Below are positions 13,501-24,559 of a stretch of 64,000 bases of DNA, in pieces. Under the pieces are notes generated by a model, which was not told where the DNA came from, did not search any database, and saw only the letters and a program-made list of their open reading frames with translations. The stretch covers positions 105,338,001 to 105,402,000 of the forward strand of contig NC_043000.1 in the NCBI RefSeq assembly GCF_006345805.1, given 5' to 3'. The DNA is from Octopus sinensis. Its lineage: Eukaryota. Each line of letters starts with the position of its first letter. Position 1 is the stretch's first letter. A program made the translations under genes and the position numbers.

Positions 13501-14670
13501 TTCTCAGTATTAATAATGCTGCTGTCGCTAATATATATTCTGGTGTATATTCTAATATAGCTTAATGTAGTAGACTGCAGCATAATGTAGATTTGTGTAT
13601 CATAATGTAGATTTGATTATCCTAATGTAGCATAATATAGTTTACTGTCGCGTAGTATTCTATAATATACTGTAATACATCATAATGTCGTGTTGTGGAG
13701 TATAATGTAGCGTAGTTTAGTATAATATGGTGTAATATAGTATAAATAAAATGTATGTGGCGAATCAGTAAAATCATTTCCGGCTTCTTGCGTTCGAAGT
13801 TCAAATCCCAATGACGGAAACTTACCCTTCATTTTCTGGAGTTGATAAACAAAGTACTAGTGTTGAGAAAGAGACTGGCAGAATTGTTGGAGCGTCAGAT
13901 GAGATGTCTTAGGGATTTTGTTCTGGCACTTTAAATTCTGAGTTCAAATCTTGCTTTAACATACTTGATTGACAGTAGTACACTTAACCCGTTGCCCAGT
14001 TTAACAAGACAACCTGATCTTTAGTTACCTCTAACTGAGTCACACTGTTGCAAGAAGTCGGACCAAAGCCTCTGGTTTCAGGAAATTTTCTACCTTCCGT
14101 TCCACCTGTCCCAGACCATGGGTACAGCTCATTCTCCTTGATTAAGCGATAAAATATGTGCCATAATGTAACACAGTGACATAATGTAATATTATGTAGT
14201 TCGATATAGTATAGTGTATGATAATACACTGTAATCTGCATTTTCTTGTAGATATGTATTACTGTGTTGTGCAATGCTGTATAATTAAATGGTGTACAGC
14301 ATAACGTAGTATAAAGTTAGAAAGTTAGAAAGTTACGCAGCGCTGCGTATGGAGTAGTGTAACATATTTTAGTATAGAGAAGCTTAATATGTTGAAATAT
14401 AGCGTAGAAGATTATAACGTATCATACTGCAGTGTATTCTTATCTGTTATCTTCTACTTGTTTCAGTCATTAGACTGCGGCTATGCTTGGACTCTGCCTT
14501 GAAGAATTTTAGTCGAACTTGTCGATCCCAGTACTTATTATTATTATTTAGCTATTTTTGTAAAGCCTGGTACTTATTCTATCGGTCTCTTGTGTCGAAC
14601 TGCTAGGTTACAAGAACGTAAACACACTGACACCGGTTGTCAAGCGGTGGTGTGGGACAAAACACAGACA

Positions 14671-14706
<36 letters not shown>

Positions 14707-14741
14707 GACACATACGCGCGCACGTATGCACACACACACAC

Positions 14742-14815
<74 letters not shown>

Positions 14816-14942
14816 GGATAGATAGATGGATAGATAATACTTACTTGGAAGAGGATGCGTGGCGTTAATTATATAATAATATAAATAATATATATATATA
14901 TGCATATATACATACGTATATGTACATACTTACATCTATACG

Positions 14943-15009
<67 letters not shown>

Positions 15010-15014
<5 letters not shown>

Positions 15015-15705
15015 GTGAGCACAGGACGTCACGAAACGTGTACAACTAAAAATTACGAAGTACGAGTACATGAATTATGAACTATTGTTTCGAATAACGA
15101 AAGAAACAAATGAAAATCTTAATAATTCTGATGCGCACTCTACATAATCTTTTTACTCTTTCGTTTTTCTCTCTTTCTCTCTCTTATTCTTTTACCTCCT
15201 CTTCTCCCACTATTCTATCCTATTACTCTGTCACTCTCTCTTCCTCACTCCTCCTCCCTTGCTCTCGTGGCTCCCCCGTGACCATCGGTCATCTTTCTTT
15301 CTTCTGTGTTGTGTTTTTTCTTTGTCTCCGTTGTAGCTGGAACAAGAAAGACGCGTTCTTGTCTGTCTCCTGTCCAAGCTTGATTTACACGTTCGCCACC
15401 ACAACCTCGTTTAGGCTTAGCAACCCTTCCTGTTCGTGTTACCAATTTTGATCCTCCGCAAAATCCCAAATTTTATTTAATTTGCTTTGCGGGAGCAACT
15501 GTTTTATCGAAAGCGTATGCTGTTGTTAAATGCTCGAAATACAAGAGTAGAAAAAAGCCAACAACTGATGAAGGGTCGTTCTTTATGCTGTTCGTCTTGT
15601 TTTCCATTTGTGTCTGTCGTTGTTCGAAAAAATAGTTCATACTCCATGTTCTCGTACTTCGTATTTTTTCGCTGTACACGTTTCGTGACGTCCTGTGCCC
15701 ACATA

Positions 15706-15707
<2 letters not shown>
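15010..15707. mobile_element. ~700-bp fold-back element with ~110-bp imperfect terminal inverted repeats in (TA)n, copy 1
   Basis: 15010-15118 is an imperfect reverse complement of 15599-15707 (shared start CATATGTG[A/G]GCACAGGACGTCACGAAACGTGTACA). Both sides abut (TA)n. Confidence 0.8.
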
Positions 15708-15747
<40 letters not shown>

Positions 15748-16892
15748 ATATATATAGGTAAGTATGTATGTATATATATACGTATTATATATAATATATA
15801 TAAAAGATTCATTAGAGGCAGAAATCCCCATAAATTCATCAAATCAGAATATAAATTCAACCATGTCATAGAATATTATATCTAATACTTACTATTCATC
15901 TTCAAAGTTGTCGACTACACATGTTTCATGAGGTTGTATACTATGTTCTTGAGACACGCAGTCTCTTACAGAACCTCCCCTTATATACAATCCCAATCTT
16001 CAGGTCCACCTATTTCCCGTTTATAATTTTATCTATCATTATATATTTCAACTTAAAGGTATATCAAACTATACAGATGTATAAATATATTGCTAGTATG
16101 TCAAAACATATAGATGTGTAAATAAATTCATTGAACCCTGCAGTTTAAGCTATAATTAATTAAGAATTAAATGTGAATTACGCCTAAAAATATATATATA
16201 AATGAAAAATATATACGAATGAGAAAATATATACGAATGCAGAAAAAAATATATACTAATGAGAAGAAAATATAAAATTATAAGAATAAAAAGTAAAAAG
16301 ATATATATATCCAAATGAAGAGGATGATTAATAAATGAATAGAAATTAATACGAATGACAAAAATTCGGGTGAATGTTACGCGAATAATAAAACCGAATG
16401 AAGATATGAAAAGATCTGAAAAAATATATGAAAAAAGATATAAAGGGAAAAACATTTAAAAATGAAGAAATGAAAAATATATATATGGAGGAATTAATTT
16501 ATAAATTAATATAATTAGAATTAATATACTAAATTTAATTTAAAATATAAAAGTTAAAATGTAAAAGAAATATATTTTCCATCTCCCCCTGGATATGAGC
16601 AAGTTACAATTATTGAGCAAGTTACAATTTACATTGCAAGGTTCTGTGAAAGTATTTATACTCATACATAGTGTTTCATTTAAACTAATTACATTATTAG
16701 CATATTACTGACAGTGGGACAGGAAATAAATGCATTATGGGAACAATCCATCCTTTTTTTTCATTTTTATTCGCCCACACCCCACGAACGCACAATCATC
16801 ACTCCCCACACTCTATCCCTGTGACGCCGGAATTGATATTCCCTTACTATTATAAAAATATATTATAGATAGATAGATAGATAGATAGATAG

Positions 16893-16964
<72 letters not shown>

Positions 16965-17094
16965 GGATAGATAGATAGATGGATAGATAATACTTACTTG
17001 GAAGAGGATGCGTGGCGTTAATTATATAATAATATAAATAATATATATATATATGCATATATACATACGTATATGTACATACTTACATCTATAC

Positions 17095-17160
<66 letters not shown>

Positions 17161-17167
<7 letters not shown>

Positions 17168-17855
17168 AGCACAGGACGTCACGAAACGTGTACAACTAAA
17201 AATTACGAAGTACGAGTACATGAATTATGAACTATTGTTTCGAATAACGAAAGAAACAAATGAAAATCTTAATAATTCTGATGCGCACTCTACATAATCT
17301 TTTTACTCTTTCGTTTTTCTCTCTTTCTCTCTCTTATTCTTTTACCTCCTCTTCTCCCACTATTCTATCCTATTACTCTGTCACTCTCTCTTCCTCACTC
17401 CTCCTCCCTTGCTCTCGTGGCTCCCCCGTGACCATCGGTCATCTTTCTTTCTTCTGTGTTGTGTTTTTTCTTTGTCTCCGTTGTAGCTGGAACAAGAAAG
17501 ACGCGTTCTTGTCTGTCTCCTGTCCAAGCTTGATTTACACGTTCGCCACCACAACCTCGTTTAGGCTTAGCAACCCTTCCTGTTCGTGTTACCAATTTTG
17601 ATCCTCCGCAAAATCCCAAATTTTATTTAATTTGCTTTGCGGGAGCAACTGTTTTATCGAAAGCGTATGCTGTTGTTAAATGCTCGAAATACAAGAGTAG
17701 AAAAAAGCCAACAACTGATGAAGGGTCGTTCTTTATGCTGTTCGTCTTGTTTTCCATTTGTGTCTGTCGTTGTTCGAAAAAATAGTTCATACTCCATGTT
17801 CTCGTACTTCGTATTTTTTCGCTGTACACGTTTCGTGACGTCCTGTGCCCACATA

Positions 17856-17857
<2 letters not shown>
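17161..17857. mobile_element. ~700-bp fold-back element, copy 2
   Basis: Same sequence as 15010-15707, within the second tandem unit. Confidence 0.8.
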
Positions 17858-17915
<58 letters not shown>

Positions 17916-19022
17916 TAAGTATGTATGTATATATATACGTATTTATATATAATATATATAAAAGATTCATTAGAGGCAGAAATCCCCATAAATTCATCAA
18001 ATCAGAATATAAATTCAACCATGTCATAGAATATTATATCTAATACTTACTATTCATCTTCAAAGTTGTCGACTACACATCTTTCATGAGGTTGTATACT
18101 ATGTTCTTGAGACACGCAGTCTCTTACAGAATCTCCCCTTATATACAATCCCAATCTTCAGGTCCATCTATTTCCCGTTTATAATTTTATCTATCATTAT
18201 ATATTTCAACTTAAAGGTATATCAAACTATACAGATGTATAAATATATTGCTAGTATGTCAAAACATATAGATGTGTAAATAAATTCATTGAACCCTGCA
18301 GTTTAAGCTATAATTAATTAAGAATTAAATGTGAATTACGCCTAAAAATATATATATAAATGAAAAATATATACGAATGAGAAAATATATACGAATGCAG
18401 AAAAAAATATATACTAATGAGAAGAAAATATAAAATTATAAGAATAAAAAGTAAAAAGATATATATATCCAAATGAAGAGGATGATTAATAAATGAATAG
18501 AAATTAATACGAATGACAAAAATTCGGGTGAATGTTACGCGAATAATAAAACCGAATGAAGATATGAAAAGATCTGAAAAAATATATGAAAAAAGATATA
18601 AAGGGAAAAACATTTAAAAATGAAGAAATGAAAAATATATATATGGAGGAATTAATTTATAAATTAATATAATTAGAATTAATATACTAAATTTAATTTA
18701 AAATATAAAAGTTAAAATGTAAAAGAAATATATTTTCCATCTCCCCCTGGATATGAGCAAGTTACAATTATTGAGCAAGTTACAATTTACATTGCAAGGT
18801 TCTGTGAAAGTATTTATACTCATACATAGTGTTTCATTTAAACTAATTACATTATTAGCATATTACTGACAGTGGGACAGGAAATAAATGCATTATGGGA
18901 ACAATCCATCCTTTTTTTTCATTTTTATTCGCCCACACCCCACGAACGCACAATCATCACTCCCCACACTCTATCCCTGTGACGCCGGAATTGATATTCC
19001 CTTACTATTATAAAAATATATT

Positions 19023-19094
<72 letters not shown>

Positions 19095-19535
19095 GTATAA
19101 CGGGCCTCTTTCAGTTTCCGTCTTCTGAATCCATTCACAAAGCTTTGGTCAGCCCAAGACTATAGTGTGCCACACAGTAGAACTGAACCCGGAACCATGT
19201 TGTTGGGAAGCAACCTACTTTATTTCATTACATTTGCCATAAAAGCAGTACATAAAGTAAAGTAGCTTTGCGGGCTGGACAAGGACATAATGAAATGAAT
19301 GATAATGAAAGAAAGATGATAAGGATGGGAGAAGACAAAAAGCGCTCGCTGACTTCTGCTTCTCTAAAACATTGTTCTTTAAAACCAAACACAAAACGAG
19401 ATATTAAACCTCTTACAACTTTTACAACTTTTCAATTTTTGGACTTAACAGTCCATTACAAACAACAACATAGTTCAATAATTACATATAATATATATAA
19501 ATACAATACACAAAGCCCCTCCTCCCAGACCTGGC

Positions 19536-19739
19536 TTACACTTCCCTTAGGCAATGCGCCAGCTCTAGGTCGGGGCCCCTCAAGGCGTATCTAAACATGT
19601 CCTTTGAGAAGGTGTTCATTACCCTGACCATAGTGACATCTGATATGATCTTCGTAGTCACCTGCGAAGGCCACTCCTCGTCTCCTGTCCAGAGCATGGG
19701 CTCCCCCCTCCGGGAAGCAAGCTTCTTTATTTTATCAAG
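19536..19739 (-). pseudogene. Short open frame (67 aa) paralogous to the C-terminal domain of the upstream ORF1
   Basis: Manual translation gives LDKIKKLASRRGEPMLWTGDEEWPSQVTTKIISDVTMVRVMNTFSKDMFRYALRGPDLELAHCLREV*. By eye this aligns to ORF1 IEKVMEKHHKEAPLAFTEDLEWPPQIAVEAITFDVTFGLKELNEEYHLYPGNADTELDSILKEAW. Confidence 0.6.
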
Positions 19740-19947
19740 TTAGCCATGGAGACCTTACACTTACATAAATATCAACAAGTCAATCAATCAAACATAAAAA
19801 ATACATTATCACTTTTCCCTTCCTCCTCTTTTCGGACCCCCAGTCAAATATCTAGCCGCCTGCAGAGCAGACCACGTTGACAGCCGGGAGTTCAGAAAGA
19901 AAGCGAAGTGCCTATTATCAAATGTTTGTGTCACTCAGTGCCACAAT

Positions 19948-21220
19948 TTATAACTCACCCTCAAAATAACTTGTGCCCGCATCCTCTACCATCCTCCACG
20001 CCTCTTTCAAAATCGAATCGAGTTCCGTGTCAGCGTTGCCCGGGTACAAGTGATATTCCTCATTGAGTTCCTTCAGACCAAACGTCACGTCAAACGTTAT
20101 GGCCTCCACAGCTATCTGCGGAGGCCATTCGAGGTCCTCTGTGAAAGCTAAAGGTGCTTCCTTATGGTGCTTTTCCATCACCTTTTCAATCTCTCCGCCT
20201 CTATAGAAGAAGATCAATAATTCGTCTTCTTCCGGGGGTGGGATATCCAATTCTTTCATTGGCGGCACAGTTCCCGCCAACGGTGTTTCTTCTCCTGCCG
20301 GTGGCACAGCCCCAACCGGCGTAGTTCCGGGACATTCCGGTACTATGTCACCGACTGCCGGCAATGTCCCGTTTCTCTTCTTCTTCCTCTTTTTTTTCTT
20401 TTCAACTGAGGGAGGGTGCGTCTCCTCCGTGGTCGGAAGATTCGCCTTCCCCTCCTCATCCCTAGGATCCTTCGGTGAGCACCCATTGTTGCTCACCTTC
20501 TTCCTCTTTCGGCCCCTGTTTGAGGAGTCCTCCGCTTCCTCGGCCGCCTTCATTCCCTCTTCTACAGGGGTCTCACTCAACTGCTCCGGGACCTTATTTT
20601 GTTCCCGGGGACAGTTTTTCTTTATATGGCCGGACTCTAGGCACCGATGACACCTGGGGGGTGACTCTCATGTATCACCGGGTACCCGGCCATTTTCACC
20701 CGGCCATTTTCAAAAAATTTGGAAAAACCAGATTGGTTGATTGGGTCCAAAGGGTCAAAACAGCTTTTGACCCAACCCAATCAGCCGCAGGAAGAACTTT
20801 CACATTAAGAAGCTTGGTCCCGCTGCCACCCAGACCCCGGCGGATAGTCTCCTCTATCCACTCGGGTTTTATCCCGGGTGGCAACCCGCAGACCCAAGCT
20901 TTCGTCAACCTCCTCCCATAATACGTGGGAAAGAATAAAATTTCCTCACCCTCCAAGGGTTGACTAGCAAATTTGCGAGCTTCTTCAGGGGTATCAAATA
21001 GCAACCACACCGTTGTATATCTGACACCCCTGGAAATGAATTTAATTGTTGGCAAATACTCTGCCAACTCCTTTTCAATTGCCGTCTTTTCGAATAGGGC
21101 GATGGTGTCGAGTGACTTGGAGTAGGTTCTCAACACCACTGTCCTATCTTCGCGGTCTTTCAACCACTTTTTGGGTGATATAATCTCCCACTCCAAAACT
21201 TTGTCTTTTTTCATTGCCAT
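19948..21220 (-). pseudogene. Disrupted gag-like ORF1 (RRM-like region, CX2CX4HX4C knuckle, Lys/Arg-rich segment, acidic C-terminal domain); 419 aa if repaired
   Basis: Joins ORFs 20696-21220 and 19948-20580. Knuckle CHRCLESGHIKKNC at 20611-20652. WVCGLPPGIKPEWIEETI and LFDTPEEARKF resemble ORF1 RRM segments. The two lesions are a perfect 14-bp duplication (20685-20698 = 20699-20712) and one missing base in the G6 run at 20656-20661. Confidence 0.75.
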
Positions 21221-21949
21221 GTTTCTTTTTTTTTTTTAAATATATTCAAAATAAAACTTAAAAAGCGAGAAGAAAAAAGAAATCAAAAGAAAGTCACAAT
21301 AAACAAAAAGGCGAAAGTCAAATAAATTTTAGAAGAAAGTCGATAGTTCAGGAACACAGCAAAAAAATCTTCCGGCCATTCGGTACTCCCGGCCTAGGTT
21401 GAACCCGGAATGCCACAACTGGAACACAACTTCCACAAAAATTGATATACAAATTGTTCAATCTTCGGAGGCAAAGACACTCCCCCAAACAGCAGTTCTC
21501 ACAATTATTAAAGTTCTTCAAAAGGCACAATACAAGCAATAATTCTCATAATTAAGTGAGAAAAATATTCACTCAACATAAACCAAAGACGAATACGCCC
21601 CCAAACAAAAATTCTCACAATTCAGCGAGAAAAATTATTTGCCCCATGTAGGCAGAACCAGAACTCTGAATCCAGTAGGACTTCCTGCCTGTACAAAAAC
21701 AATTCTCAACAAAAATTCCCACTGGACCCAAAAAAAACAGAATCTTACCTTACAATGGAGCTTCAAAATTTTTCAATTCGAGACGGCTTCAAAAGCATGT
21801 CTCACCTCTTTGGTGCCGAACACCACAATTATTCGCACATGCGCAGTGGAAGCAAGCTTCTTAGCACACAACCATTGATGCATAAGTCAGTGGAGTGCAG
21901 AATATTTTAAGGTACTTCGTACCCGTTTAGTCTCAGGAGATCATGGATC

Positions 21950-22300
21950 TGCTTCCGGAAAGTCTTTCTTCGCACTTCATTGCAAGACAGCGCCCTGTAT
22001 GACTCTACTAGTGCACTTGTCTACAGTAGTAAGCTTCAGCGTCTTCTCTCTCCATTTTAAACTCCTGCCAAATTCCAATTCTAGCCTCCTACAAGAACGA
22101 TAGTTGGTAACGCCCTCTGACCTTTCGATTTTCGTGTCCCCTGACTTCAAGTGTCTCTTGCTGATATCGTTATTCTATATTGTTTGAAGCTAGATTCAGT
22201 AGAACAGGTCTTTTGAGATCCTCCTATCTGTCGTGGTATATGTAGTTCAGCCAGTGGCGAGGTCGGCGTTGGAGCAAAATGAAGAGGGTGGGTATCAGAA
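21950..22300 (-). mobile_element. Decayed RTE-like LINE 3' fragment
   Basis: HWLNYI..R..KRPVL..RYQ..W..IQGA pattern, with several stops and frameshifts. Confidence 0.35.
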
Positions 22301-22312
22301 GTTGTGCTACAA

Positions 22313-22652
22313 CAGTGCTTCTCAACCACTTTTAATCTACGGATTGCTCGGATTACTATTTTATTCTAGTGAACCCCCATAGCCACTCAATGTTTAAAAA
22401 GTAGTTTTGTAGATACTTCTTTCAAAATACCTATTCTGTTCATCACATATTCACTTGTGTAGTTTGAACTATGTAAAATGTTAGAGAAAGGAACTGGGCT
22501 GTTTCTTGCGATGAATACATCTAAAACAAATTTTTTTCATAGACTATTAAAGTACTACCATGGATCCCCAATTTACTATCTTGCTTGCATGGACCCTCCA
22601 AAATCTGATATGGACCCTCAGGGGTCATATGGACCCCGATTGGGAACCACTG
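22313..22652. mobile_element. hAT-like (MER5/Charlie-type) MITE
   Basis: Ends CAGTGCTTCTCAA and TTGGGAACCACTG. The 8-bp flanks are degenerate. Confidence 0.65.
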
Positions 22653-23763
22653 GACTAGAACCTCATTGAGGGTGATTTTGTCAGTCAACTTATTGTTCAG
22701 GATGCATTTCAACTGGGGTAATGATCCCAAGGCTCACAGCTGTAGAGCATTGATCTGAGGAAGCAGCCGTTGTCAGATATTTTCTCACATTTTTTATGAT
22801 GTGAAATTATATGCGTAGTGTGATATATTGTAGAATAGTGATACATTATGTATCACAACTATCGTAGGATAGAGAGACATAATTTAGCGTGGTGCAACAT
22901 AATATAGTGTACTGTTATGTAATATAGTATAGAATACTATGTTGCATAACATAGCTTAGTGTAGCTTTATGTATCATAATGTCGCATGATACTCTGTGGT
23001 GTAGAGTAGCAGAAAGTACAGGGCGGAGTTGTATAATTAGGGGTTTTATCATTGTGCAGCGGAGGGTAGCATAATGTAATGCAGTGAACTTGATATAGGG
23101 TAGCGTAAGATGTAGTATAGCATATTTTTGTATAGTGAAGCTTAATGTTGCGAGTTATAGCATAATGTAGTGAAATGTAGCATAATGCAGTCAAATGTAG
23201 CATAGAAGAGTATAGTGTATGGTAGTACAATATGGTATTATGTAACACAATGTAATTTGATGTAATGTAGCATAATGTAGAATAGTGTTGCATAGTGTAG
23301 ATTAGTGTTAGATAAATTTGTATATAGATTGTAGCGTAGTATAATGTGATGTAGCATTAAGTTTCCTTGAAAAAGTTAGTGTATAATAATGTAACGTAGT
23401 GTAGTGTTATTAAATGTAAATATCTTCTAAGTCTTGTTAGACATTTAAGAAGCGGTTTGCCAAAAAAAACAATTACTTTTATCGGCAGCTAGCCAATAAA
23501 ATAGATGTTAAGAAATTATTTGTCTTTTACACTGCACTCCAACAAACCAAACGCTGCATGATTGAGAGTAACAGACACTTTAAATTCCACATTCTAAAAA
23601 AAAAACACACACAAGAAACATTCTACTAAAATTGCTTGAGTAGATAAAACACCAACTAAATTTTCTACGTAAGCAAACTTCTACTTGTGTGACCCCGTAA
23701 TTAGAGAGCACTTCATCCACCGCATGCAGTAATTTTTAATACAGCCAAAGAGATAGGATTAGA

Positions 23764-24078
23764 GTGTACAAGGGAGCCATGATAAAATTCAAGACCGCCA
23801 TACAGAATGATGTAAATGGGATCTGCCCTCTAAACAAGAGTAAAACATGGATTAGCATAGAAAGAGCTAAGAGGAAGATAGATACGGCCAACTCATGGTA
23901 TAACAGCCAAAAATACCAGATTGTCACGTTCGTTGATGCTACCCCAAAAGGCAAACTAGCGTATCATTTTAGAAAAGCCTTAGGTAAACTGAATCTACGG
24001 ATAAAAGTAGTAGAAAGGCCAAGAAGTCCTATAAAATTCATGATCTGTAGAACATACCCATTCGAAAGAACTGTATAG
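23764..24078 (+). mobile_element. Penelope-like retroelement ORF fragment (region between RT and GIY-YIG)
   Basis: PLNKSKTW..SWY..VTFVDATPKGKLA..LRIKVVERP..PFE resembles the FVP.TP..EL..IKVVE..G..L..S.PF segment of Penelope-like ORFs (recall). Confidence 0.55.
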
Positions 24079-24559
24079 TCGTAGGGTAAGCTCTCAGATA
24101 ACACTGTGTAACACGATTTTTGTCCTTGGGTAGCAACTGTTATTTTCTATTTGCTTATCCCTAGAAAATATGAAAAATTGCTAATATTCCTTCAAACTTT
24201 GCCTTTGTTACAGTATTTATTCAAACCCCAAAGAAACCTTCTCAACACATGGCTATGATTCTCCTCCACTACTCTTGCTCATGGTCAGAGATGCACATAT
24301 TGTCAGCCACTAAGTGACATGCTCAAGTAGTTATGGTCCAGCAACTGACAAGCAAATCTGTAGTATTGAGCAGAATATTTGCTATAACGATATTTCTGAA
24401 ATGTACCTACTCCCACTGGAAAAACTGGTGAATGTGAACATTTTCGTTCACGCAAAGTAGAAACAAGACGACGTATGATTCAAACGTAGCATTTATTTAT
24501 TATAGGATTACTCAAAAGAGACCATGAAAAATTTAGAAGTGAGTAGTTTCTCGCGATTT

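Larger units (their letters stand above)
12170..14440. repeat. Degenerate 5-bp (AATGT/AGTGT/AGCAT) satellite tracts interrupted by MITEs; similar tract at 22800-23420
   Basis: Recurrent GTAGCATAATGTAGTG-like words. Confidence 0.75.
14743..19094. repeat. Tandem duplication of a ~2.15-kb unit separated and flanked by (GATA)n arrays
   Basis: Unique parts are 14835-16865 and 16988-19025. Identical ORFs are offset by 2150-2158 bp. Differences seen: 15923/18081, 15974/18132, 16009/18167, a 1-bp indel and microsatellite length changes. Confidence 0.95.
19221..21847 (-). mobile_element. Non-autonomous gag/ORF1-only non-LTR retroelement (HAL1-like, L1/Tx1-type ORF1), 2627 bp, inserted in a SINE head
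   Basis: Flanked by a 13/15-identical direct repeat (GGAAGCAACCTACTT 19206-19220; GGAAGCAAGCTTCTT 21848-21862). The host SINE head continues across both junctions. It has a ~630-bp 5' UTR and a disrupted ORF1 with a CCHC knuckle. The 3' end has AATAAA overlapping the junction. No RT or endonuclease ORF is present between ORF1 and the 3' end. Confidence 0.75.
14452..21875 (-). mobile_element. tRNA-derived SINE (family B) split into three pieces: 3' part 14452-14742, middle 19095-19220, head 21848-21875
   Basis: The pieces match successive parts of the intact family-B copies at 46550-47028 and 49121-49610, in the same orientation and order. Confidence 0.75.

Noticed and set aside
15565-15630. 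Hammerhead at CTGATGAAGGG inside the fold-back element
   Set aside because: I could not build stem II, stem III or an NUH site around the nearby GAAA words.
14835-16870. Helitron identity for the 2.15-kb tandem unit
   Set aside because: The minus-strand TC start is supplied by the (TCTA)n array, and no 3' hairpin or CTRR is present.
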